64,000 nt of DNA, from positions 4,227,060 through 4,291,059 of the forward strand of contig OZ252051.1 in the NCBI GenBank assembly GCA_965247985.1, written 5' to 3'. Source of the stretch: an uncultured Candidatus Binatia bacterium. Its GTDB lineage: Bacteria > Desulfobacterota > Binatia > Bin18. This document shows positions 1-9,200 of this stretch, in pieces. Under the pieces are notes generated by a model. The model saw only the letters and a list, made by a program, of their open reading frames with translations, did no database searches and was not told the DNA's origin. The first letter of the stretch is position 1. Each line of letters starts with the position of its first letter. The translations under genes and the position numbers were made by a program.

Positions 1-1
1 C

Positions 2-1357
2 ACCAAACTCGCATTTTACAGCACCTTTTGGGCGGCGAGCATCGCCGCCACGGTCATCCTGCTGGTGCCCTTGCTGCTCGTCTCCTTGCCCCTGCCGCGA
101 GACCTGCGGCTGAAGCATAATGCCCTGCGGCGGATACTGCCGGCCATTGCCCGGGTGTGTACGCAGCGGGGGGTGGCGAAAGTGATTGTCGGGTTGTCGG
201 CCGTGCTGTTCGTGCTGGGACTATACGCGAGCTCCTGGCTGGTTGTGGGGACCGCGCGACCCGGTTCGCCCATCCTCTACCCGGACGCGGACTATAATAT
301 GTCGGCGGCGATGATTAACCGTGAGTTTCCCGGCTCCGAAGAATTGTTCGTGGTCGTGGAAACGCCTCAGCAGGGCAATATCAAAGACCCCCGCGTCTTG
401 CGCTATCTCGAGGAGTTCCAGCAGTACATGCTGGACGACCCCGAGGTGGGTGGTACGAAATCCATTGTTGATCTGGTCAAACTGGTCAACCAGATCAACC
501 ACCACGACGACCCGAAGTGGGCCCAGATTCCCCGCGATGCCGCGTTTGTGGGCGGCGTGTTGTTTTCCTATATGGCCTCGGCGCCCATTCCGGGCAGCCT
601 GGACGAGTATATTGACGCCCATGAGCGCCGGGCGAATGTTGTGTTTTACTATAAAGACCATCGGGGCCCGACCATCGCCCGGGCGATTGAGCGGGTCAAT
701 GCCTTTCTCGCCGCCTTCCCGCCGGACGGCGTGACCCTGCGTCTGGCCGGTGGGCTGATGGGAGTCACGGCGGCCATGAATGAGGAAATCATCGCCTCCA
801 ACCTCACGATCACGACGCTCGTCTTTGTGGCGGTCTTTTGCCTGATGACCGCCGGCTACCGCTCGCTGGTGGCGGCGGTTCTCGTGTCCGCTCCGCTCGC
901 GCTGGCGACGATCTCCGGGGAGGCTTTTCTCGCCCTGATGGGGGTCGGTCTCAACGTCAATACCGCGCCGGTGATCGCGGTGGGCATTGGCGTGGGCGTT
1001 GACTATGCGATCTATCTGATGGATCGGATTAAACAGGAGTACTCCCGGTTGGGGGACCTCCAAGCAGCGGCCCAGGAGGCGATCTCCACCGCCGGGATGG
1101 CCGTCACCTTCACGGCCAGTACCCTGGTGGGCGGGATCGTCTTTTGGGCGTTTCTGTCGAGTCTCCGCTTTCAGGCTGAGATGAGCCTGTTATTATCGAT
1201 TCTGATGGTGGCGAATATGATCGGCGCGATGCTCCTCTTACCGGCGCTGACCGTCCTGGTGCGGCCCGCGTTTATCGTCCAGGCCGGGAGCATAAGCGAA
1301 AAAGGGAGGGGCAGCGTCGACACGCTGTCAACACAAGAGGCAGGAGGGATACGTTAG
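2..1357 (+). CDS. RND-superfamily/MMPL-type transporter, C-terminal part (5' end lies outside window)
   Basis: Frame is open from base 2. Periplasmic loop followed by 5-6 TM helices with the MMPL/RND motif IGIGVGVDYAIYL; lies next to DUF1302/DUF1329 genes. Confidence 0.85.
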   Translation, partial: TKLAFYSTFWAASIAATVILLVPLLLVSLPLPRDLRLKHNALRRILPAIARVCTQRGVAKVIVGLSAVLFVLGLYASSWLVVGTARPGSPILYPDADYNMSAAMINREFPGSEELFVVVETPQQGNIKDPRVLRYLEEFQQYMLDDPEVGGTKSIVDLVKLVNQINHHDDPKWAQIPRDAAFVGGVLFSYMASAPIPGSLDEYIDAHERRANVVFYYKDHRGPTIARAIERVNAFLAAFPPDGVTLRLAGGLMGVTAAMNEEIIASNLTITTLVFVAVFCLMTAGYRSLVAAVLVSAPLALATISGEAFLALMGVGLNVNTAPVIAVGIGVGVDYAIYLMDRIKQEYSRLGDLQAAAQEAISTAGMAVTFTASTLVGGIVFWAFLSSLRFQAEMSLLLSILMVANMIGAMLLLPALTVLVRPAFIVQAGSISEKGRGSVDTLSTQEAGGIR

Positions 1358-1471
1358 CTGCGGCAAGGAGTGGGGAATAAACACGGGGCCGAGTCGGATA
1401 GCGCCCGGAGTCAGACAACGCGACTCAGTTTGACTCAGGCCTCAACACTGTCAGGGGAAGGAGGGACCACA

Positions 1472-3235
1472 GTGAGTATCAGAAGAAGGGCGAGCCTTTG
1501 GCCGCTCGTATTAACCACGTTCTTCTTGGGAATCACTCTGGGAGCTAAGCCGTCGGTCGTCTGGGCTATTGAGACGACGATCGCCGGGAAGTCTGTCAGG
1601 GTGAATGGGTTCGTAGAGTCTCTGAATATTTTCCGTTCCGAAGACTTTAACGAAAGTCCGGAACTGACGCAAAACCGCAACACGGTCGAGCTCGAGGTCG
1701 ATATTGAGTTGTTGAAGGATTGGGGCCCTCTTGCCTTCTGGACCGTCTTCTTTGACGGCCGCTTCTTCTACGATGGGGTCTACGACCTGAACGACAACGA
1801 GTTTGGCAATGACGCGGGGGGCCGCTTACCAGGGCTACCTGATCAGATACCCGGTTTTGGTCCGAACCGGGGGTTTCGTCTGCTGGGAAAACGGCCGTTC
1901 CAGCTCGCCGTCCCGGTGCGGCCGGATGACCCGCGCGGGAGACTGTCCGGCTATATGGCCGATGACCTCGACGATCTCCGCTATCGTTTTGATCTCCGGG
2001 AAATGTATACCGACCTGGAACTCGAGGATGTCTTTGGCACGGGGGATAATCTGTTCCTGCGTATCGGCAAACAGCCCATCGTGTGGGGCCGCGCCGACCT
2101 GTTTCGTCTGCTCGATGTCATTAATCCTGTGGATTATAGCCGGCATCTCTTCATCGAAGACTATGAGCTGATCCGTAAACCCCAGTGGGCGACCCAGGTG
2201 GTGTGGAAGTTCGGACCGGTCGGCCCCTTTGCCGACCTGAACCTGGAGTTTGACTGGATCTGGCAGGAATTTGAGTTTGCCGATCTGGGTCAGGGCGGGG
2301 CGCCCTATCCCATTCTCGGGGCCGGAGACTTCTTCCGGGCCAATAAGCTCCTTTATGATCAAGGCGGGTTTCTCTTTGTGGACGGACAGCCTATTGGATT
2401 CGATCCGACCACTGGAGCGCCCTTGCCCTACGCCTTTGGGGGCGCAGCCTTTCCCCCCGGCGCGGTTGGCGTTCGGAGTGTGCATAAGCCGACGAACAAG
2501 CTCGGCAATAACCAGTTCGGGGTCAGGATCGAGGGCGTGTATGGCCAGGTCGGCTTCTCGCTCAACTATTTTCATGGCCGGCAACAACTGCCCTCTTTGC
2601 GCGGTCTGGCCCCAAACTTCATCCCCGCCGGCGCGATCCATTTTCCGACCATCGAGGTCCTGGGCGGTTCGGCCGACTGGGCGGACCCGTGGACGGCTTC
2701 AACCTGGCGCTTTGAGTTTACCCGCACCCACGGCGAAGAGTTTCCGAACACGCTCAGCCCGCGACTCTTCAAGCAGTCGGACACCGTGCGCTATCTCTTT
2801 GGTTGGGACCGGCCAAGTTTTCTCCGCTGGCTGAACCCATACCGGACGTTTCTCTTCTCGGGACAGGCGTTCTTTACGCATCTGATCCATCATGAGAGTC
2901 AGGGGTCGCGCCGAGGGATGCCCGACCCGGATATGAATGTGGTCTTTACGCTCTTGATCCAGGGCTTCTATATGTCAGACCGGATCATTCCGCAGATCGC
3001 CCAAGCCTATGACTACCGGGCGAATGGCTATCTGCTCTTATCCAATGTGCAGTTTATTTGGACTGACCATATCGATTTTACCCTGGGCTCTAATTTTTTC
3101 TTTGGCAAGCAGAAGAAGTTTGACACGCTGCTGGGCTTTCAATCGGAGGAGCCGTTCGGGCGCTTCCGCGAGGGGGTCATCGGCACGTATCGTGACCGGC
3201 ACGAATTCTTTTTCAAGGTGCGCTATCGGTTCTAG
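1472..3235 (+). CDS. DUF1302-family outer-membrane beta-barrel protein
   Basis: GTG start after GGAGG (ORF track starts at 1370). Signal peptide, motif LRIGKQPIVWGRADLFRLLDVINPVD, C-terminal beta-signal ending YRF. Confidence 0.75.
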   Translation: MSIRRRASLWPLVLTTFFLGITLGAKPSVVWAIETTIAGKSVRVNGFVESLNIFRSEDFNESPELTQNRNTVELEVDIELLKDWGPLAFWTVFFDGRFFYDGVYDLNDNEFGNDAGGRLPGLPDQIPGFGPNRGFRLLGKRPFQLAVPVRPDDPRGRLSGYMADDLDDLRYRFDLREMYTDLELEDVFGTGDNLFLRIGKQPIVWGRADLFRLLDVINPVDYSRHLFIEDYELIRKPQWATQVVWKFGPVGPFADLNLEFDWIWQEFEFADLGQGGAPYPILGAGDFFRANKLLYDQGGFLFVDGQPIGFDPTTGAPLPYAFGGAAFPPGAVGVRSVHKPTNKLGNNQFGVRIEGVYGQVGFSLNYFHGRQQLPSLRGLAPNFIPAGAIHFPTIEVLGGSADWADPWTASTWRFEFTRTHGEEFPNTLSPRLFKQSDTVRYLFGWDRPSFLRWLNPYRTFLFSGQAFFTHLIHHESQGSRRGMPDPDMNVVFTLLIQGFYMSDRIIPQIAQAYDYRANGYLLLSNVQFIWTDHIDFTLGSNFFFGKQKKFDTLLGFQSEEPFGRFREGVIGTYRDRHEFFFKVRYRF

Positions 3236-3267
3236 GCGGGCGTTGAGCGACGACACAGAAGGAGGGT

Positions 3268-4626
3268 GTGATGAACAAGGACGCTCAGAATAGCAAGAGA
3301 CATTTTCGCGCGTATGTGGCCATTATGGTCTGTGCTCTGCTCAGCACGGCAGGCTGGCCTGCTGAGGTGCGGGCCGAGTTATCCGAGGACACGATTCAGG
3401 AAACCTTCTATCCCTACCGTCACGGCGCTCCCCAGGTGCCGGGGATCGAGCCGGGTTTGGTGATCAACCAGAGCAACTGGGAGGTGGCCAAGGAGGTCAT
3501 GTATCCCGAGTATCTCGATCTCGTCAAAAAGGGCTGGGTGGAGATCAAAGTCGGAGAGACCCTGCCTTTTTCCTTGCCCGATGAATATGTCGAGGCGACT
3601 CGGAAATATGCCGAGCAAGTGACGCTTTCGCCCGAGGGCTATTTACAGAATTATGTCGCCGGACTCGCCTTTCCTGGGCAACCCGACCCCAGCGATCCGC
3701 AGGCTGGTATCAAGCTGGCGTGGAGTTTTAAGCGCGGCTTTAACTGGGGCGATAATGCCTGCATCTGCCCCTTTTACTGGTCCTTCGTCAAAGGGAACGG
3801 CACGATCGAGAAGACCATCAACTTCAATTTTTACTTTCTCAACTTCAAACATCGGGTCAGACACGACCCGATGCCCGAGGTCTTGCCCAACCCCCAGGAT
3901 TTGTTTCGTGGCATCTATGCCCGGGTGTACGAACCTTTTGACCTCAAGGATACCCAGGTCTTGATCTGGCAATACGAGGACGAGCGCAAACGCGATGACT
4001 CGTGGCTGTATCTCGGGTTTCAGCGCCGTGTCCGCCGTCTGTCCCAGGAACAACGGGCCGATTCGTTCTTAGGCACTAACATCTTTGTTGATGACTTTGA
4101 GGGCTATGAGGGCCGGGTCACCGATATGAACTGGGAGTATATCGGCGAAAGAATCCTGTTGATGCCCATGTATAAGCATAACGAAATGGAGTTCAAGCTG
4201 CCCGATTATCCGATCTCGGGTAACACCGATAACGAGGGCTATCACTACATCGAGTTTGGGGGTCGAGCCGGGTGGTTTCCCAATATTACCTGGCAACTGC
4301 GCAAGGTCTACGTTATCGAGGTGACGCCGAAGGACCCGGCCTATCCGTATTCCAAACGGGTGTGGTTCCAAGACGCGGAACAGTACACGAACCCGCTGAG
4401 CTTTATCTACGATCGCAAGGGTGACCTGTGGAAGATCTTTGTGATTGGCAAATCCCATCCGGATTACCATCTGCCGGTCAATCAGGGGGCGGGTGCCAAC
4501 ATCGACAACTCGGTCCATATGATTGATGTCCAGCGCGATCATGCCACCCTGCTACGTTTTAAGGGCCATATTGAAAAGCAAAGACCCGAACTATTCACCG
4601 TACAGAACTTGCGGCAGGGCCGCTAG
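3268..4626 (+). CDS. DUF1329-family exported protein (LolA-like/lipoprotein-sorting fold)
   Basis: Signal peptide; motifs DDSWLYLGFQRRVRR, YPYSKRVW and YDRKGDLWK typical of DUF1329; directly follows DUF1302. Confidence 0.8.
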   Translation: MMNKDAQNSKRHFRAYVAIMVCALLSTAGWPAEVRAELSEDTIQETFYPYRHGAPQVPGIEPGLVINQSNWEVAKEVMYPEYLDLVKKGWVEIKVGETLPFSLPDEYVEATRKYAEQVTLSPEGYLQNYVAGLAFPGQPDPSDPQAGIKLAWSFKRGFNWGDNACICPFYWSFVKGNGTIEKTINFNFYFLNFKHRVRHDPMPEVLPNPQDLFRGIYARVYEPFDLKDTQVLIWQYEDERKRDDSWLYLGFQRRVRRLSQEQRADSFLGTNIFVDDFEGYEGRVTDMNWEYIGERILLMPMYKHNEMEFKLPDYPISGNTDNEGYHYIEFGGRAGWFPNITWQLRKVYVIEVTPKDPAYPYSKRVWFQDAEQYTNPLSFIYDRKGDLWKIFVIGKSHPDYHLPVNQGAGANIDNSVHMIDVQRDHATLLRFKGHIEKQRPELFTVQNLRQGR

Positions 4627-4627
4627 G

Positions 4628-4673
4628 AAAAAAGCGGGCCTCAGACGCCTACCTTGGTCACGCGTCTGAGGCC
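4628..4673 (-). terminator. Intrinsic terminator between convergent genes
   Basis: 12-bp perfect stem GGCCTCAGACGC / GCGTCTGAGGCC with an A6 tract on its left (U tract on minus strand). Confidence 0.7.
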
Positions 4674-4677
4674 GTTC

Positions 4678-6894
4678 TCAAAATCGGTAGGTGTAGCGCA
4701 CCTTGAAGCGGCCTTCGCGGCCAATGGAGCGGAAGCCGCTCTCCTCGTCGTCCAGCCAGCGCTGGTTGAAGACCAGAAATATGTCGTTGCCCGGTTCGAT
4801 GATCCAGCGGATGCGCGTGTTGAGGCTGAACACGTCCGCCACGTTGTCATACTGGATTAGGCTGAACCAGGACAGGTTGGGACTCACGGCCACATCCAGC
4901 CGTACCCGTAACAGCCGCACAACAAAGTTGCCCTCGGGCAGCCGGACATCGTTCTGGAGATATTCCGGGCTCAGGAACAGCCGCGGCCCGGGCTGGAAAT
5001 TGAGACGCAGGTTCCAACTGTCCCGCTTGCCGCTGTAATAGTCACCCCAGTAATAGGCGAGACTGGCCGACAGTTTGCGTTTATCCGCGGTCTCGGCCTT
5101 GACCATATAGCGGCGAAAGGTGTAGCGGTCGGGTGCCAGGCGGACGCCGCGGCTGATCTCAAAATCTTCGGTCAAGCGTTCAAACTGCTGCCAGGTCCGA
5201 AACATGAGCGTGTCGCCGCTCTCGAAGCGCCACTCGCAGGGAAAAACAATATTACGGGTGAGGAGTCGGTTCGTCGTCTGGTCGGTAATATAATTGCCGT
5301 CAAAGGCGCACGCGACTTGCCGCGTACTCCAGTGCTTGGGACGGGGGGCGGCTTGTAAGAACCAGCCAAAACGCCGAATCCCTTTGCGCGGCACAAAGCC
5401 CAGGCTGGCGTCAAAATCTCGCTGCACTTCCCGATACGTACCGAATATATTCCACGTGTCGTTGGGAAGATTGATCTGACTGCCCCAGGCCCAGTTCTTG
5501 CGCGAGCCGGGAATGAAGCTTTTTAAGACAAACGAAGAAACGGTCAGATTCTTATCGCCCCACAGCTTGGTCGTTTTGTACAAAAAATCATGCCCGTAGA
5601 GCCCGGTTGCAGCCCCGTTCTCGGGGCTGCGGCGGGTCGCAATCAGCCCGAACGAGGCCTGCTGCCCGATATCGCGCTTGACACGGATAACACTGAAATT
5701 CTCACCGGGAACGGGGTCGCGCTCCTGGGTCTGAACGCTGAGCAGACCCAGATGATACTTGCCTATCCGCCCGCTGAGTTTACCCCCACCGATCAGGTCC
5801 ACGGGTTTGCCGTCATCGGCAATACCGACGCGCCGACTGAAAAACGGAATAATCACTAACGGCCCGGAGGTTGGTGTCAGACCATTCACGGCAAAGTTTG
5901 GCGCATCTTCCAGAAAGAACTGCCGTTTCTCAGGAAAGAACAGCGAAAAGCGCGTCAGGTTGACCTGGGCGTCATCCACCTCGGTTTCGGAAAAGTCGGT
6001 ATTCATCGTCAGGCTGAACGTCAGGCCGGGAGTGAACTTATAGAACAGGTCAAAGCCCGGCTTAAAGGAGGCGGCGTCGCGGCGCACCTCGGTGGTCAGA
6101 AAGGGCGAAAAATCAAGACCCAGGCCCTGGGACATATCGTGCAGTCCGGTGAGTCGTCCGGCGTGCGATACCCGGTCAAAGTCTAGGGTCTGGCGGTAGC
6201 CGGTCCAGACCGTTTCTTCGTTTGCGCGCTTAATCATGCGCTGGACGTTGAAGCCCCAGCTTGATTGCCCTGGAGCGTAGCTCAGGGTCTGAAACGGAAT
6301 TTCAAATTCTGCGCTCCAGCCACTCGGCGAGCGGGCGGTCTTTACATTCCATATGCCGTTCCAGTCCCGGTTGTCGGTCTCACCCTCATGACCGATCAAC
6401 TCATCCACCCGCGCGCCGACCGAGTTGGTTTGAAATTTGAACGCATTACGACGATCTGAAAACGTATCGAACAAAAGCGTCACCCGATCGTCAGCAGCCA
6501 GGTTCGCGTCCCGGTTGAAGCGGGTGGCAACTGCCGCACTCAGGTCCGAGTCGTGACACAGCACCCCGACGTAGAGATGGGTCGCCGTGTACAGGACGCG
6601 CACCTCGGTCGCCTGAGAGGCGGGCGCGCCTTCGTCAGGTTCGCGTTGGCGGAAATCACTGCCAACCGGCGCGCGTTGCCAAACCGGCTCGTTCAGCTGG
6701 CCGTCGAGGGTGATGGGCTGGGTAATCCGCGCGGCCAGCAACGCCACCGGAGCAAGCACCGAGACTTCCATATCCTTAAGGGGGATGGGCCGGGTAGCAG
6801 GCCCGGCCGGCGGCGGCAGCGTATCGGCCGCGACCGAGGCGGTCAGGGCCAGCACGGCCAGGGCCGCGGTGAGCAGAGATATGCGCGGCTTCAG
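4678..6894 (-). CDS. Exported protein with CBM9-like N-domain plus DUF5916 beta-barrel
   Basis: ITLDGQLNEPVWQ and ATEVRVLY (CBM9-like); NTDFSETEVDDAQVNLTRFSLFFPEKRQFFLE (DUF5916); ends YTYRF. A complete signal peptide needs a CTG start at 6894 (ORF track starts at 6855). Confidence 0.8.
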   Translation of the reverse strand: MKPRISLLTAALAVLALTASVAADTLPPPAGPATRPIPLKDMEVSVLAPVALLAARITQPITLDGQLNEPVWQRAPVGSDFRQREPDEGAPASQATEVRVLYTATHLYVGVLCHDSDLSAAVATRFNRDANLAADDRVTLLFDTFSDRRNAFKFQTNSVGARVDELIGHEGETDNRDWNGIWNVKTARSPSGWSAEFEIPFQTLSYAPGQSSWGFNVQRMIKRANEETVWTGYRQTLDFDRVSHAGRLTGLHDMSQGLGLDFSPFLTTEVRRDAASFKPGFDLFYKFTPGLTFSLTMNTDFSETEVDDAQVNLTRFSLFFPEKRQFFLEDAPNFAVNGLTPTSGPLVIIPFFSRRVGIADDGKPVDLIGGGKLSGRIGKYHLGLLSVQTQERDPVPGENFSVIRVKRDIGQQASFGLIATRRSPENGAATGLYGHDFLYKTTKLWGDKNLTVSSFVLKSFIPGSRKNWAWGSQINLPNDTWNIFGTYREVQRDFDASLGFVPRKGIRRFGWFLQAAPRPKHWSTRQVACAFDGNYITDQTTNRLLTRNIVFPCEWRFESGDTLMFRTWQQFERLTEDFEISRGVRLAPDRYTFRRYMVKAETADKRKLSASLAYYWGDYYSGKRDSWNLRLNFQPGPRLFLSPEYLQNDVRLPEGNFVVRLLRVRLDVAVSPNLSWFSLIQYDNVADVFSLNTRIRWIIEPGNDIFLVFNQRWLDDEESGFRSIGREGRFKVRYTYRF

Positions 6895-7715
6895 TCGTCT
6901 TCCCTGAACAGCGCGTCGCGCCAGTCGAGCGCGGCACGCAGGCCTTTTTCCTTCCGGATCTGGTTGAACGTCTCCTGCTCTTGCGTCCGGGTGGTGTCAA
7001 ACATGACAACCAGATCGAGATTCTGGTAGATGCTGTTCAGAAAACCCATATTCTCATACGCCCGGTTAATGGCCGCCTTGTTAAACTTCACCCCGACCCG
7101 AGCGATCTTCACCAGCTTGCGCGCCGTCTTCTCGCATTCGTGCATGAGCTGGTCGTGCGGCACGACCCGGTTAATCATGCCCAGGCGTTCAGCCTCGTGG
7201 GCGGAGATCATCTCTCCGGTCAGGAGCAGTTCCTTGGCCTTGGCAAACCCGACGCTGAACGGCGTGACCAAGACCGGCGGGCCGGTCCCGAACCGGATTT
7301 CCGGCTCGCCCAATACCGCTTGCTCGGAGGCGATTTTAATGTCGCATAACTGGGCGAGTTCACACGCGCCAGCCAGGGCATAGCCGTTAATCGCCGCAAT
7401 ATACGGTTTGCCGGAATGCCAGATCTTGAGAAAAATATCGATATTGTACTTCAAATCAGACCGCCAGCTCTCCGCGGAGCGGTCGTAGAGTTCGGGCTCA
7501 CCCTCCGGCGGCGCGATATTGAACCCTGCGGAAAACGCCCGCCCGGCTCCGGTCAGAATCACGACCCGAATGTCATCATCGGCTTCAATCGCATCGAGCG
7601 CCTCGCCCAATTCGGCCATCAGTTCTTTGCTGAACGAATTGAGCTTGTGCGGCCGGTTGAGTGTCAGATAGCCGATTGCCTCTTTTTTCTCGACGATGAG
7701 ATTTTGATAGGCCAT
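6891..7715 (-). CDS. Enoyl-CoA hydratase/isomerase (crotonase) family protein
   Basis: LNRPHKLN, GRAFSAG, AAINGYALAGACELAQLCD and PEIRFG (both catalytic Glu positions present); ATG after GGAGG. Confidence 0.9.
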   Translation of the reverse strand: MAYQNLIVEKKEAIGYLTLNRPHKLNSFSKELMAELGEALDAIEADDDIRVVILTGAGRAFSAGFNIAPPEGEPELYDRSAESWRSDLKYNIDIFLKIWHSGKPYIAAINGYALAGACELAQLCDIKIASEQAVLGEPEIRFGTGPPVLVTPFSVGFAKAKELLLTGEMISAHEAERLGMINRVVPHDQLMHECEKTARKLVKIARVGVKFNKAAINRAYENMGFLNSIYQNLDLVVMFDTTRTQEQETFNQIRKEKGLRAALDWRDALFREDD

Positions 7716-7891
7716 ATTCCCTCCTGCCAGAAAAAGAGTAAACGTGTCCGGCAACTATATCTGAGTGGAGGACACGTTCACTCTTCCCGAACCATAGCGA
7801 ACCAGTCCGAACAGTCTAGCCCGTCTCCGCTCCTCTTGCCCTCACGAGAGAAAATCTCCAGACTCAAACCCAAGAAAGACTGAGACGAGTC

Positions 7892-9124
7892 ATGTTGACC
7901 TCAGATCTCCTGCTGACGCGGACCGAAGGTCCGTATCTCTATCCACGTTATGTTCGGACCGACACTCCTCGCTTTACACGGATGGCCAAGGAGCTGATCT
8001 CCATCTATACCGCTCATGCAGGCAAGCCCAGACGGGAGCTGACTACGGCGCTCAACCAGTATGCGGAAGACCGCACTGATTTTCGCATCCAGCGTGGGCT
8101 GGCCAAGCTGCTGCGCGATGACCGGTGTGAATTTGAGGAGCAGGCGGTTGCTCCCCCTATGGAGATCCGTCAGCGCCTGTTCACCTTAGCCCGCGAAAAC
8201 CATCCCGTGGTCTTACAGCCCGACTTTATCCACCCCGTGACCAAAGACGAGCTGATCGCCGAGGTCGCGCGCGAGTATAAAGCCGAGCCGGAACAGATCG
8301 CGTGGGCGCTCTACGCCGATCTGGCTGAAAACCATATCCTGACGCGCTTCGATCCGCCCGAGCCGACCTGGCTGCTCCAACGCTATAATGTCGCCCTGGC
8401 GCAGGCGCTGCTGTATCGCTGCGTGCGGATGAAGCTGTCGGTCTTTCGGAACATTCCGAGCCGCTACAAGCAGCTCTTCAAGTTCATCAAATTCTATCAG
8501 CTCATGCACGCCATTGAGGGCGATCTTGACAGTGGCTATGAGATTCTGCTGGACGGGCCGGTCAGCATGTTCCGCCTGTCCCAGAAATATGGCCTCAAGC
8601 TGGCCGTTTTCCTGCCGGCCTTACTGCTGTGTACCCGCTGGAAGATGGAGGCTGAGATTATCACCCCCGACGGCGAGCGGCGCTCCTTCCCACTCGACGA
8701 GAGTGCCAAGCTCGTCTCTCACTATCGTGACAGCACAATGTATGACTCTCTGCTCGAAAAGACCTTTGCCGAACGCTTTCACGCGATTGATAGCGACTGG
8801 CAGATTGAGCGGGAGGTCGCCATTATCAATCTGAAAGAAACGGTCTTTATTCCGGACTTCGCCTTTCGCCACGCAGACGGACGCACCGCGCTCATGGAAA
8901 TCGTGGGCTATTGGCGGCCGGAGTATCTTGAAAAAAAACTCATGAAGCTGCGCCGTTCAGGTCGAGCAGACATGGTGATTGCCGTGTCGGCCAACCTCAA
9001 CGTCGGCGAAGAAGACTTCGCTGACGTTCCGGGGAGTGTCTTCTTTTTTAAGAACCGGATTAATCCCAAAGAAGTCATTGCGCGCCTGGAGCAAGTGGGA
9101 CAGGATGCCAGCCAAGAGACCTGA
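7892..9124 (+). CDS. DUF790 family (Bax1-like) predicted nuclease
   Basis: MLTSDLL start, LYADL, RYNVALAQALL, LDGPVSMF, and C-terminal PD-(D/E)xK-like IPDF...EIVGYWRPEYL. Confidence 0.85.
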   Translation: MLTSDLLLTRTEGPYLYPRYVRTDTPRFTRMAKELISIYTAHAGKPRRELTTALNQYAEDRTDFRIQRGLAKLLRDDRCEFEEQAVAPPMEIRQRLFTLARENHPVVLQPDFIHPVTKDELIAEVAREYKAEPEQIAWALYADLAENHILTRFDPPEPTWLLQRYNVALAQALLYRCVRMKLSVFRNIPSRYKQLFKFIKFYQLMHAIEGDLDSGYEILLDGPVSMFRLSQKYGLKLAVFLPALLLCTRWKMEAEIITPDGERRSFPLDESAKLVSHYRDSTMYDSLLEKTFAERFHAIDSDWQIEREVAIINLKETVFIPDFAFRHADGRTALMEIVGYWRPEYLEKKLMKLRRSGRADMVIAVSANLNVGEEDFADVPGSVFFFKNRINPKEVIARLEQVGQDASQET

Positions 9125-9200
9125 ATATCCTTGAAATATCCCTGAAATGTCCCCGTGCAGAGACGCAAGACGAGGCGGTCGTCCTGCTATGGATCAGCGT

